Numbered from the stretch's first letter, positions 48,162 to 58,138 are shown. The stretch: DNA of 64,000 bases from Anaerolineae bacterium (GCA_963675785.1 OY776562.1:1536001-1600000), one strand, 5' to 3'. Notes: generated from the sequence alone by a model not told the origin. Numbers and translations are program-made.

Positions 48162-49541
48162 ATGAGACTAGATTCACTTGCAGAACGATGGCAAAAGACC
48201 CTTCAGGGACGGCGGATCCTACGTGCCGCCCGACTGCACCCCACTCCGATAATTGATCTGGTTAGTATTCTGGCCATTGCCGGGCTTATCGGCGCACTCA
48301 TTGCCACTGGCGAAGCCGCCTATACAAAGTACCAGTCGAATCAGGCCGTTGCCGCCGCCGAGCAAATGGTGGCCTCTTTTGAAGATCGGCTGGGCCAACT
48401 GCAGGCCGACGACGCACCCGCCTATCAGATTCGCTTTGCCCAAACCCGGTTGGATGCCGCTAACACCCTGCTCAAGCGCATCCGCGCCGACGAACGCGCC
48501 TATCTGGATGCTTATGGGGAAGGGGCTACGCAAGCGGCGTTAATCAACTATATCAAGGGCAAGCTCATTACCTCGGATTTCCTATCGGCAGCTGAGAATG
48601 CCTTTAATAACGCCGTAGGGCTATCCAACGCCTACAGCGCCAAGCCCGGTGAGATTCAGCAGAACTATGAGAACGCCGTGACCCGCCTGTTGGGCAACGA
48701 CACTACCCTACAAGGGGATGCACTGGATCGTTATATCGCCGTGGCTGAATACCAAAACTTGGTACGGCTACTGCAGGCCAAGGGATACAATCCCAACGAC
48801 CCAGCCTTTGTGAACACGGTACGTCGCTTTGCTCAAGATTATTATATGGGAGATGGCGAAACGCCACCCCCGGCTCAGGTGCGTACTATCATGGATCAGC
48901 TCATTGCTGAGACCTACGGCCTGCCCATGCCCGACGACGTAGAGGGTGAATCCACCGATTGGATGACGGTTGAGCTGCCCGATACGCTGGTGGAACAAAC
49001 CGACCTGATCTTTCCTGATACGGACAGCGACTTGATTCCCACACCCTACACCCAGCCCACGGTGGCTGAAACACCAACAGAGTCGGTCGAGGTTGAACTG
49101 GGTGAGATACCCGATTTATCAGCATCGTATCACGCATTCTACCAACGCTGCCTTGACCAGTATAACGAATGCATCGATCGACGTTGCGCCATGATGGGCA
49201 ACGTCAGCAGTTGTAGCTGGTATTGTCCCGAATTCAGTGCCGAAGCACCGGGGCTCATCTATGATAGTAGATGGTGGTGGATGGACCCATCATACCATTC
49301 GTGTGCTGAAGCAGCGGGGGATCGCTATCTGGCGGCACTACAAGTTGATGTGGAGGCGTTCTTAGCCGGAACTATAGATGTTACGGACTATATGATTAGT
49401 GGAGAAACCATCCTTGAGACGCTCCGCTCAGAAATTGCAGCTTGCCGGGCTACTGCCTGCCAGAATAGCTGCACGGCCAACGGACAGGTCGGCGTATATA
49501 CCGGCACGCCGAACATTGACGATCGTTGCGATTGCCAATAA
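48162..49541 (+). CDS. hypothetical membrane-anchored protein with Cys-rich C-terminus
   Basis: One N-terminal TM, helical middle region, about 12 Cys in the last about 135 aa. Confidence 0.75.
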   Translation: MRLDSLAERWQKTLQGRRILRAARLHPTPIIDLVSILAIAGLIGALIATGEAAYTKYQSNQAVAAAEQMVASFEDRLGQLQADDAPAYQIRFAQTRLDAANTLLKRIRADERAYLDAYGEGATQAALINYIKGKLITSDFLSAAENAFNNAVGLSNAYSAKPGEIQQNYENAVTRLLGNDTTLQGDALDRYIAVAEYQNLVRLLQAKGYNPNDPAFVNTVRRFAQDYYMGDGETPPPAQVRTIMDQLIAETYGLPMPDDVEGESTDWMTVELPDTLVEQTDLIFPDTDSDLIPTPYTQPTVAETPTESVEVELGEIPDLSASYHAFYQRCLDQYNECIDRRCAMMGNVSSCSWYCPEFSAEAPGLIYDSRWWWMDPSYHSCAEAAGDRYLAALQVDVEAFLAGTIDVTDYMISGETILETLRSEIAACRATACQNSCTANGQVGVYTGTPNIDDRCDCQ

Positions 49542-49560
49542 GTCAGAGGTGTTCTTAAAG

Positions 49561-49591
49561 TAAAGAGCGGTGGATGACTCCACCGCTCTTT
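49561..49591. terminator. bidirectional terminator
   Basis: taaagagcggtgga/tccaccgctcttta. Confidence 0.8.
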
Positions 49592-49606
49592 ACATATACA
49601 TGCTTA

Positions 49607-50581
49607 TCAGGTCACTTCGAGATAAGCTGGCATGATGGGAAGACCGATGGGCCGCGCACCTTTGGCTACATTACGCACGTACTCTGCCGCCGGAGTGCAA
49701 TCAGCGTCGAGTAGAGCTATCATGCAGGCATCCCAGGCGGTCTGCTCGGTTCTGCCATTGTTACAGAACCAGTTTTGCACGGCGCGGGAACCGGGTACTA
49801 AAGGAAGCGCGAGTTCTTTCGAGCCCTCGGGCGCCAGCCAGGCTACCATAGACGCCGCAGCCTCGGCGTCAGCAGCCAAGAACAGAATCACTTGCGGGCT
49901 TGTTCCATGGCGAGGATGCAAATTGTAGCGCGCATAGCCGACGATTTGACCAGCGCGTTCGAACACGCTGGCTCGTATATTACTCGTGTGGCTCATCCAG
50001 CCCAAAAGGGAATCACCGGGATCCACGGCCAGGTCCACATCAACGAACCAAGTACGCCAGAGTTTGGCCAAAGCTGGCGCATCAGCGGCCACAACGGGAT
50101 GCGTCTCTAAGGTTATGGGCGCAGGAACGACGGATACTGTTACATTGCATGCGCCAAACATGCGCGGCTGATAGCCAAACCGCGGATAATAGCTGGGATG
50201 GCCCCAAAGAAAAGAGAGGGCATAACCACGCTCGACGGCTCGACGATGCCCCTCGCGCATCAAAAGGGTGCCCACACCCTGCCGCTGCCAATCGGCAGCA
50301 ACTACCAAAGGGGCCAACAGCACAGCAGGTACAACCTCCCCGCCGATGTACATGGTCAAGGGATTAAAGAGGACCTGGCCGATAACGCGATCTTGCACAC
50401 AGGCCGCCAGCGCCAGCTCAGGGTCGAACTGTGGATTATGTCGAGCCATATCTACTAGCGCCACCTCGGGAACAAAATCGTATGCGGGTGGCATGGCCGT
50501 GCCTGGCCCAAAAGCCCGCGCGTTGATCTCGGCAATGCGACTATAATCAGCGGGTGTCTCGCTGCGAACTAGAATGTTCAT
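49607..50581 (-). CDS. GNAT family N-acetyltransferase
   Basis: LAPL.V...QRQGVG, GHPSYYPRFGY. Confidence 0.9.
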   Translation of the reverse strand: MNILVRSETPADYSRIAEINARAFGPGTAMPPAYDFVPEVALVDMARHNPQFDPELALAACVQDRVIGQVLFNPLTMYIGGEVVPAVLLAPLVVAADWQRQGVGTLLMREGHRRAVERGYALSFLWGHPSYYPRFGYQPRMFGACNVTVSVVPAPITLETHPVVAADAPALAKLWRTWFVDVDLAVDPGDSLLGWMSHTSNIRASVFERAGQIVGYARYNLHPRHGTSPQVILFLAADAEAAASMVAWLAPEGSKELALPLVPGSRAVQNWFCNNGRTEQTAWDACMIALLDADCTPAAEYVRNVAKGARPIGLPIMPAYLEVT

Positions 50582-50713
50582 GCGACTCCTCGTGTATTGT
50601 TTCGATGCCTTCAGTATAGTCCTCTGCCGCACCTGTACCACTCCGCAAACGCTGTATGGTCAGGCGCTGCAACAGTTTTTGTTCATGTGGTGAACGCTGA
50701 ATAGACTCTCGTT

Positions 50714-51352
50714 TCATGATACCCTCCCTTTACTACCATGCTTGGCAGTCAGACGCTGACGCAAACGTTTGCGCGCTGAATAGATACGGCAATAAGCGGC
50801 GTTGGGGTTGAGTAATTGCAGCTCTCGGGCAATTTGCACCCCAGAATAGCCCATGACCACACGCATATACAGAGCGCGGCGATCCAAAGCTGGTAGCTCT
50901 GCCCAGGCCTCGTGCAGGGCATCCTCCAGCTCGGAAGAATCCGCCTCGGGCACCTCAATGAGTGCCTCCAGGGCATGGTATGACAGGCGTTGAGCGTCAC
51001 CCTCACCCACATAGGCATCGAGGGCCAACACAGTAGGATCGACAGGCTCTTCGGGTGGCTGCCATAAACGATAGGGCTTGCGACGGATGATGCGCCGAGC
51101 ACCGCCCCACAGCACGCTACGCCAGCGCTCCCACAGCGGCTCGAGGTCATCGCAATTGCCGCCCTCTTGCAGCCAACGGCGCACGGTATCATGAAACTCG
51201 ATATAGAGATCTTGCAAGAGGTCATCGCTGGTGTAAAGGCCGCCATCGCCGCGATTGAGGCGGTGCATGGTGCGCCCACAACAGCGCAGGGCCGTGGCGC
51301 GGGCCTGCGGCCAGAGCTGATTGACGATTCGGGTCAGAGCATTGGTAGGCAT
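50714..51352 (-). CDS. ECF-like sigma-70 family factor
   Basis: DDLLQD (region 2); LP..DRR...GYS..QIA..L......RIYSARKRLR (region 4.2); AAAGGAG RBS. Confidence 0.8.
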   Translation of the reverse strand: MPTNALTRIVNQLWPQARATALRCCGRTMHRLNRGDGGLYTSDDLLQDLYIEFHDTVRRWLQEGGNCDDLEPLWERWRSVLWGGARRIIRRKPYRLWQPPEEPVDPTVLALDAYVGEGDAQRLSYHALEALIEVPEADSSELEDALHEAWAELPALDRRALYMRVVMGYSGVQIARELQLLNPNAAYCRIYSARKRLRQRLTAKHGSKGRVS

Positions 51353-51414
51353 GTTGCTGCTCCTTTCGTATCGGCCTCACGGCCGATCTTCATGCAACAC
51401 GTGCAAACACAAAC

Positions 51415-52887
51415 TTAGTATTGTGCTGACAGGGGGTCGGAGACCTCGATCACGGCGGATTCGGTGGGCAAAGACACCGCACGAGCCTCCAACACGGCAC
51501 ACAAAGCTGCCGAAATGAGCAGGTCATCGTGAATGGTGGGATCAACCACACCCCAGCGCATGCGCTTGAGGGCGCCGTCATAGACCTCGTAGGTGGCGGC
51601 GCGCACCTGCTGCCAAAAGGCGGCATACTGCTCGCTGCCGTCATCGGCGTGATCGAGAAAACGGCCCGACGAGCAGATACCGAGAAATCCCCAACCGAGG
51701 TCGCTCTTGACGCCAGCGTTGAAAGTGACGGGATTGATCCGTTGTCCCAGATGACGCTGCAGCGAAGAAGCCAAGCCAGCGCCTAAACCGGTGGCATCCA
51801 CCACCAAGGTTTGGGCCTGCCAGCAGTCGGCAAGGGCCAACAGCACGCCCAACAGCTCATCCTGGTAGCGGCCCGTCCACAAGTGGCGATCCATCACCAG
51901 ATAGCGGTTCATGCCTTGCTCAGTCTGGTCCAGTTCAATAACGGTGACGGCGGTGCTATCTTTGCGAGGCTGAGCCTCGCGCAGGGCCGCATCGCGCAAG
52001 GATTCCTCGGCGCCGCCCGCTACGTCGATAAGCAGAGCGTAACACCGCCCTTCGGTGGGGCCGCGTTGACGCAGGTGGCTGCCTTGCATCAAGGCACGCA
52101 CATCCACGGAAAACATACCAGCGGCCTCGTCGATCTCTTCCAGGCAGTATTGGGTCTTGATGAGGGGATGCTGACGGCCCAAGCGCTCGATCTCGCCGCG
52201 CACAAAGGTGCCATAGGCGGGCACGCACTCTGCAACCTGCTGCCAAGGCACACGAAAGACGCGCAGTTGGCCATCGCGCAGCTCTTGCGCCTCCAAAACG
52301 CGCATGGTGCGGGCCAGCAGAGTGTTACTCGTCCAGGCGGTGCCCCAGAGCACGGTGGTGGCATTGGTGCTGGCCGCCATGGGCCGAAAGTCGCGGTTCC
52401 AGATGGTCTCATCGATGTTCTGGGCCTCGTCGGCCTCTAGCAACAGATCGGCGGTGGCGCCCACCACGTTGGCCTGCAGTCCTGCCGAATAAAAGGAGGC
52501 CCTGGCCAGGCCTACACGCAGCATACGCCCCTGTTCGCGCACAGGTTTGAGGCCGGGGAGGCGGCTGCCCTGCAGCAGGGATTCCAAGCGCATGAGGCTG
52601 GTGTAGGCCTGGGGCTGAAAGGTGGGCGCGGCTTTGACAATAGTGCCGCCCCGTCGATAGGCGCGAGCCAGCAGAAAAGCCTCTACATGGGAGGCGGTCT
52701 CGTTTTTGCCGGCCTGGCGTGACATCATCACAGCAAAGGTGCGACCTTGACCAGTAAGCGCCGAGTGGACGATGGCAGCCGCTGGTTCGACTTGATAAGG
52801 GCGCAAGGTGCGGCCCAGCACTATACGAGAAAAAAGCATCGGGCTGGCTAACACGCGGCGCAAGGCGTTATGGCTAATGTCGGGCAC
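51415..52887 (-). CDS. terL: phage terminase large subunit
   Basis: LRPYQ, Walker A SRQAGKNET, Walker B LEADEAQ, GTAW coupling motif, RNaseH acidic motifs IDVAG, VVDATGLG, HDD. Confidence 0.9.
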   Translation of the reverse strand: MPDISHNALRRVLASPMLFSRIVLGRTLRPYQVEPAAAIVHSALTGQGRTFAVMMSRQAGKNETASHVEAFLLARAYRRGGTIVKAAPTFQPQAYTSLMRLESLLQGSRLPGLKPVREQGRMLRVGLARASFYSAGLQANVVGATADLLLEADEAQNIDETIWNRDFRPMAASTNATTVLWGTAWTSNTLLARTMRVLEAQELRDGQLRVFRVPWQQVAECVPAYGTFVRGEIERLGRQHPLIKTQYCLEEIDEAAGMFSVDVRALMQGSHLRQRGPTEGRCYALLIDVAGGAEESLRDAALREAQPRKDSTAVTVIELDQTEQGMNRYLVMDRHLWTGRYQDELLGVLLALADCWQAQTLVVDATGLGAGLASSLQRHLGQRINPVTFNAGVKSDLGWGFLGICSSGRFLDHADDGSEQYAAFWQQVRAATYEVYDGALKRMRWGVVDPTIHDDLLISAALCAVLEARAVSLPTESAVIEVSDPLSAQY

Positions 52888-53266
52888 GGCCAGCCTCCTC
52901 GTCCAATTCTTTCAACACTTGGTCGAACAAGGTATCGAGTCCGGCATCGGTGGGTTGTAGTTGCTTGCGAGCTCGCAACAGTTGGATCACGCGTGCGGTC
53001 GAATCGTTCCAGGCACGCAGATACTGCGCCGGGCTGGTTGAACGAGAATCTCCCGCGCGGCGCAGTTCGGCGATCCAGTCGCAGAAATAACGGCGAGCCT
53101 GGAGTAGATCGACCAACTCTTGCTCGATGACGCAGCTGTCATCGTCCTCAGCCAAGGCACGTGCGAGCGCCTCCGTGCCCTCCGAGGCGCGCATCAACGC
53201 GGCGAGGGCATCATGTTGAGCTGCATGGCGTCCTTGCTGCCCGGCATTCCGAGTCTGTTTGGACAT
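52874..53266 (-). CDS. helical protein, putative terminase small subunit
   Basis: GGAGG RBS before MSKQTR; overlaps the terL start; position and helical C-terminus only. Confidence 0.5.
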   Translation of the reverse strand: MSKQTRNAGQQGRHAAQHDALAALMRASEGTEALARALAEDDDSCVIEQELVDLLQARRYFCDWIAELRRAGDSRSTSPAQYLRAWNDSTARVIQLLRARKQLQPTDAGLDTLFDQVLKELDEEAGRARH

Positions 53267-53284
53267 GCATCCTCCTTCATGAAT

Positions 53285-53300
53285 TAGAACATTTGTTCTA
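53285..53300. promoter_or_regulatory. LexA (SOS) box TAGAAC-ATTT-GTTCTA
   Basis: Perfect GAAC-N4-GTTC palindrome, the Gram-positive/Chloroflexota-type LexA site, between the -10 and the RBS. Confidence 0.8.
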
Positions 53301-53304
53301 GTCC

Positions 53305-53333
53305 ATAATATGTCCAAACCAGGGGAATGTCAA
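53305..53333 (-). promoter_or_regulatory. sigma70 promoter of the terminase operon (TTGACA-N17-TATTAT)
   Basis: tgtcaa 53328-53333 and ataata 53305-53310 on +, 17-bp spacer. Confidence 0.8.
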
Positions 53334-53383
53334 ATGAAAAAAAGGAATAAAGGGGGAAGGAAATAAAGATTTTTACAGCTGTA

Positions 53384-53412
53384 TTGACAGACAGTTACGC
53401 ATCGTTTATGCT
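53384..53412 (+). promoter_or_regulatory. divergent sigma70 promoter (TTGACA-N17-TATGCT)
   Basis: Consensus hexamers with 17-bp spacer upstream of the response regulator. Confidence 0.7.
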
Positions 53413-53460
53413 ACCTCGCAGGTCAAACACAGGTTGCGCTAGCATCAAGGACGTACTCCA

Positions 53461-53871
53461 ATGGCTTACAAACCCTCAATCCTGATCGCAGAAGATGATG
53501 AGCTGGTGCTCGCACTTTTTCAGCGTCTATTGCGCAGCAAAGGCTGGCAGGTCACAGCCGTAAACAATGGCTATGATGCCCTGCGCGAGTGGAAGAACCG
53601 CGATGGCTATGATTTGACCATTCTCGATGTGCGCATGCCCAAAATGGATGGATACACCGCCTACCAGCAAATGCGTAAGATCAAGCCAAATTCGCGATTT
53701 GTGTTTGTGAGTGGCTATTCAAACGAGACCGTGGAATTTCAGGTGCATGATGTGGACGGCGTGCCCTATCTGCAAAAGCCGTTCGACTCGCTCGAGTTCC
53801 TGAGGGTCGTCGGGGAAATCATGGCAGAACTCGAGCTGGCCGCTTGCACAAACCAGACTCTGGCAGACTAG
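53461..53871 (+). CDS. stand-alone response regulator receiver
   Basis: ILIAEDD, LDVRMP.MDG, SG, KPF. Confidence 0.93.
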   Translation: MAYKPSILIAEDDELVLALFQRLLRSKGWQVTAVNNGYDALREWKNRDGYDLTILDVRMPKMDGYTAYQQMRKIKPNSRFVFVSGYSNETVEFQVHDVDGVPYLQKPFDSLEFLRVVGEIMAELELAACTNQTLAD

Positions 53872-54539
53872 AGGGTAAAAAAGGTCAGCACCAGGTTGGC
53901 CACAACTGCCGCGCAAAATCCCGGCCAAATGCTGTGCGTTCTACTGGCCACCCAGCCGCTAACAAGCCCGCGGGCAAACCCCTGATAGGCCAACAGATAG
54001 AACAATCCGTGTGACCAAGGCAATGCCAGCGCAACCGGCAGGGTCGTCAAAACAAAGAACACCATCTGCAGCGCTACCGCCCAACCAGTTGACATATGCG
54101 TCAGCAGTTTTTCCAAGAGCCAACCCCGGAAGAACACCTCTTGCGCCAAGATGACCACCCCACTGCCGTACACCGCCATACCGATCAACCCAGCAGAGCC
54201 GCCCATGACCCCCAGCCAGGCATAGGCCGAATCGGTGATGCTGCCATCTACAGCCAGTGCCAGCAAATCAGAACAACAGCCCGATAGCAGCTCCAGCAGG
54301 GCCATAATGCCCAGCAGCAACAAGAGGTTGGCCGCCGCATAACGCCCAAAATCGCGGGGAGAGAGCGGGCGCAGGCCCAAATCAGCGGGCATGGCCCCGC
54401 GTATCAGCGCGACAGCCGGGATGATCAGGGCCACCAGTGTGAACACGGGAAAGGCGCAATCCAGCCGCACCCAGGTGAGCAGGGCCAGCATGGCAGCAAC
54501 AGTTAACCAAACCAGGGCGTTACGCGTTCGATAAAACAT
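53868..54539 (-). CDS. CPBP/Abi family membrane protein
   Basis: QEVFFRGWL, RT.SIWP. Confidence 0.8.
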   Translation of the reverse strand: MFYRTRNALVWLTVAAMLALLTWVRLDCAFPVFTLVALIIPAVALIRGAMPADLGLRPLSPRDFGRYAAANLLLLLGIMALLELLSGCCSDLLALAVDGSITDSAYAWLGVMGGSAGLIGMAVYGSGVVILAQEVFFRGWLLEKLLTHMSTGWAVALQMVFFVLTTLPVALALPWSHGLFYLLAYQGFARGLVSGWVASRTHSIWPGFCAAVVANLVLTFFTL

Positions 54540-54705
54540 ATCCCTCGTTCCCAGCGTGTAAGCACAATACGCCCATTCTAGTGTGATATGTAACAGGGTC
54601 AAACTAAAAAGTCTGATATATTTCGCATTTTCAGCCAGCACATTGGCCCAAAGACAAAAAAACAGGAGGATGGACAGACCATCCCCCTGCTGTGAGCCAA
54701 ACCCT

Positions 54706-56169
54706 TTAACGTGCGATGGTCATCTTGAAATGCGTGGCATTGGAGTAGTTCAGGTTCATGGTAAGGCCGCAGGGCACGATCTCTAGCCCGCCCTCGGCTT
54801 CGATAGCGGCGCTCAGGCCGGGCAGATTCCAGTCAGAGGCCGAGATATCCAGGCTGGCGGCACCGGGCACATAGATCTCAAAGGCGAGGCCGGGCTCGGA
54901 GGCGATAATCTCCAACGTGCCCTGGCTGGCACGGGCGTTGGCGCCCACACCCGCCACCAACCTCATCCAGCCAATGCGCCCATCCGGCGTACGCCAGTGC
55001 ATGGTGGCCGGGTGGAACTGACCTACAGCATTACGCGAGCCGCTGTAATCCGCCGCGCCAATCATCACCTCATCGGCCAACCAGGCCGTTGCCGTCGCCT
55101 TGGGTTCCGACTGAATCACTTTTTCGGCGGTGTGCTCGCCGGGGAAACTCTCTAGCACGCGCTGCACATCCTCTGGCACGCGCACGCCCACCGTGGCCAA
55201 GCAAGCACCGTATTCCATATCGCCAGTGTGGCCCATAAACAGGGCCGGATCGGGATAGGGGGCTTTGTCTCGGCCCACGGCCAGCCAAATCGCCTGCCCC
55301 AAGATGGCCACATAGCGGGTCATGTCCATGCCATAGCTGCGGATATAGGGCCCGCAAAAGTTGCGTAGGCCAGCATGGTAATACTGGGCGATGTCGCGCC
55401 ACAAGGTCTCTTCGATTTCGGCGCCCATTTGCTTTATGCGCTCTGTGGGGCCACAGGATCGCCAATAGGCAAGGGCATACAAGTCGGGACCGTAATAGGT
55501 GGGCGAGTTGTACTCGAGAAAAGTGTCGTTGGCCTTGAACAGTGTGTAAATATCCTCAGCCATGGTGTTACCGTATTCGATGAAATCCTGGCGGCCGTAA
55601 CGCTGGCCACACCACACCGCCAACGGCGCGTTCATCAAGGCAATATTGGTATAAGAGGCCACCAAACGCCCCTGTTTCATCTCGCCCTCGATGGCACGAG
55701 GCAGTGCCGCATCGATGCGGGCAATGAGTGCGGGCGAGAGTTCGTCAGCATAGCCATCGACGATCTGGGCCAGACTCAGGCCGATGAACTGCCGCCAGTT
55801 GGGATCGTAATCGCGCCACATCACCGGCTCACAGGGCGGTTCCGGCTCCTGGGGGTAGCGGCGAAAGGTGCCGTAATAGACTGTCTCTGGGTTGATGAAT
55901 TGGTTATCGAGAATGCGGCCCAGCACACGAATGGCTCGGGCAATGTCATCGCCGTTACGGCGCATGAGCAACCCCTGGGCGTACCAAGCGGCGCCACGTA
56001 CGGAATGGCGATCCTTCACTACTTGACGACTCACCGGGTCTACATCGGGGATATCACTGAACCCACCGATGAGGCCCATCTCTTCATCCCAGGCGCTGTC
56101 CATGTAGAGCATACTGGACATGACCAGGTCGCGGGCATTGGGCGAAAGGGCAGTTAGTTTCAGCTTCAT
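54706..56169 (-). CDS. hypothetical alpha-toroid protein (possible lyase/hydrolase)
   Basis: YDPNWRQF, YTNIALM, EYNSPTYYG, GPY.RSYG. Confidence 0.7.
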   Translation of the reverse strand: MKLKLTALSPNARDLVMSSMLYMDSAWDEEMGLIGGFSDIPDVDPVSRQVVKDRHSVRGAAWYAQGLLMRRNGDDIARAIRVLGRILDNQFINPETVYYGTFRRYPQEPEPPCEPVMWRDYDPNWRQFIGLSLAQIVDGYADELSPALIARIDAALPRAIEGEMKQGRLVASYTNIALMNAPLAVWCGQRYGRQDFIEYGNTMAEDIYTLFKANDTFLEYNSPTYYGPDLYALAYWRSCGPTERIKQMGAEIEETLWRDIAQYYHAGLRNFCGPYIRSYGMDMTRYVAILGQAIWLAVGRDKAPYPDPALFMGHTGDMEYGACLATVGVRVPEDVQRVLESFPGEHTAEKVIQSEPKATATAWLADEVMIGAADYSGSRNAVGQFHPATMHWRTPDGRIGWMRLVAGVGANARASQGTLEIIASEPGLAFEIYVPGAASLDISASDWNLPGLSAAIEAEGGLEIVPCGLTMNLNYSNATHFKMTIAR

Positions 56170-56325
56170 ACAGTCAACTCCTCCATTGCAGGACAACCCG
56201 TGCAGTGTATCACCATTGACTGAACTGGCAAGTAACCAGGGGCAAATTCCCCATTTGCCTTGACGACTCTATCGTTCCCTACCATACTTTTCCTAGCGTG
56301 ATGATACCTTACGCAAAGGAGTATT

Positions 56326-56997
56326 ATGTCAACTCATCGCATTTTGTTTATCGGCAACAGCTATACCTACTTTAACGAACTCCCCGACATGTTCGGTCAG
56401 TTGGCTCGCGCCGCCGGGCTTGGTGTGGAAACGGCCTCCGTCACCAGCGGCGGTAAAGATTTTGAATGGCACTGGTATAACCCGGAGACGCTGGACACCA
56501 TTGCTGCTGGCGGCTGGAACCACGTGGTGCTGCAGGAACATAGTGTTGGCGCGGTGGAAAGGCCCGAGCACATGCAGCAGGTGGCGGCGCGTCTTGTGGC
56601 GCGTATCCGCGCTGTGGGCGCCCAGCCCGTGTTTTACATGACTTGGGCCCGCCAGCATATTCCAGAGATGCAGCAGCCCATTACCACAACCTATCGGCGC
56701 CTGGGACGCGAATTAGGAGCCCTGGTAGCGCCTGTGGGCGAGGCCTGGCAGTTGGCCCTGCAGCGCAATCCCGAACTGGTGCTGCACACACCCGACCGCA
56801 GCCACCCCAATGTGCTGGGCAGCTACCTGGCGGCCTGCGTGTTCTACGGCACGTTATTCGGCGCCGAACCCACCGAGCTGCCCAACAGCTATGCGCAGGG
56901 GCCACGCGTCAGTGCCGTCATCGAGGCAGACACCGCCCGCTTTTTGCAAGAGGTCGCCCGCGACGCCCTGCTGGCAGAGGCCGACCAGGCAGGATAG
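56326..56997 (+). CDS. SGNH/GDSL hydrolase
   Basis: LFIGNSYT, VVLQE, DRSHP..GSYL. Confidence 0.9.
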   Translation: MSTHRILFIGNSYTYFNELPDMFGQLARAAGLGVETASVTSGGKDFEWHWYNPETLDTIAAGGWNHVVLQEHSVGAVERPEHMQQVAARLVARIRAVGAQPVFYMTWARQHIPEMQQPITTTYRRLGRELGALVAPVGEAWQLALQRNPELVLHTPDRSHPNVLGSYLAACVFYGTLFGAEPTELPNSYAQGPRVSAVIEADTARFLQEVARDALLAEADQAG

Positions 56998-57007
56998 TGT
57001 AGGGGAA

Positions 57008-57052
57008 TAAAGAGAAGAGGTTCGACCATCAGGTCGAACCTCTTCTCTTTTT
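57008..57052. terminator. bidirectional terminator
   Basis: aaagagaagaggttcgacc/ggtcgaacctcttctcttt. Confidence 0.88.
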
Positions 57053-57073
57053 ATGTTGAGGCAGCACAAACCT

Positions 57074-58138
57074 TTAGTACCGACCCGCCTCTTTGGCCTC
57101 GGCCACAATGTCGCGAAAATCCGTCAGGCTGACGGTATCGGGCACCGAGTGGTCGGAGGAAAAGATATAGCCGCCGTCCTGTTTCATCACCGGCACCACG
57201 CGGGCAATCTCCTCGCGAATGGCCTCGGGCTGATCCCAGAGCACGGCGTTGATGCCACCCCGAAAAGTGAGCTGATTGCCATAGGCTGCCTTGAGAGCCA
57301 GTGGGTCCATGCCCGCCTTGACCTCGAGGGGGTTCAGGCCGTCCAAGCCGATACCCACCAGCTCGGGCACAAAGGGGGTGATGTTGCCGCAGGAATGGAG
57401 CTCGGTTACCACACCCTTGTCATGAGCCCATTCAATGGCACGCTCGTGGTAGGGTTTGAGCAACTTGCGGTAGGTGCGCAAGGAAAAGAACTGGTGCTCT
57501 TTGTAGCCCATGTCGTCGGGCCAGCGCACGGCGTCAAAATGATAACCCGCATCCCAAACCATGTCCAGCAGGGTTAGGTTGAGGTCCAACATGTGAGAGA
57601 ACATGTCGCGACACCAGTCAGGCTGCTCCAACAGGGCCATGAGCAGGCGCTCGGTGCCCACGAACCAGGAATGGGTCACGTCAAAGCCGAACCAAAGGCC
57701 GGCCACGATCCAATCGCCCCGTTCCACCCAGGGGGCGTACTCTTTTTTCAGGCGATCCCAGGGGATGCGGTCGGGGTCGGGCTGCATACGTGCCTTGGCC
57801 TCTGCCCATATCTCGGGGTTGACCACAGTATGGGCGATCATCTCTGGCGTGGAGGTGGCGTGCTTCCAGGTGCGCTGGGTCACGCCCCAGCGGGTGGTCT
57901 CGGTGATATAGCGGTCGGTCTCTTCCAGCACACGGGTGGGATAGCGCGGCGAATTATCGACGCCAAAGCGTGAGACGCGATCCAAGCCGAAATAGTCCTG
58001 AAAATCGACATCCTCGGGCATACCCTCACGGTGCCAGCGCTCAATGGTGGTGCGCCAGGGCTCGTCCGTGATGGGGATGCGATCGGCGGGCTGATGGCGG
58101 TACATCAACCCAAAACGTTCTTTGGAAGTAAGGGCCAT
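57074..58138 (-). CDS. uroporphyrinogen decarboxylase family (MtaA/CmuA-like) protein
   Basis: DR.P, DDMG, LHSCG, GGYIFSSDHSVP. Confidence 0.9.
   Translation of the reverse strand: MALTSKERFGLMYRHQPADRIPITDEPWRTTIERWHREGMPEDVDFQDYFGLDRVSRFGVDNSPRYPTRVLEETDRYITETTRWGVTQRTWKHATSTPEMIAHTVVNPEIWAEAKARMQPDPDRIPWDRLKKEYAPWVERGDWIVAGLWFGFDVTHSWFVGTERLLMALLEQPDWCRDMFSHMLDLNLTLLDMVWDAGYHFDAVRWPDDMGYKEHQFFSLRTYRKLLKPYHERAIEWAHDKGVVTELHSCGNITPFVPELVGIGLDGLNPLEVKAGMDPLALKAAYGNQLTFRGGINAVLWDQPEAIREEIARVVPVMKQDGGYIFSSDHSVPDTVSLTDFRDIVAEAKEAGRY

Noticed and set aside
1917-53266. A single intact prophage spanning the tail genes to the terminase
   Set aside because: The intervening 47 kb is host metabolic and membrane genes, with no integrase, portal, capsid, lysis or replication genes.
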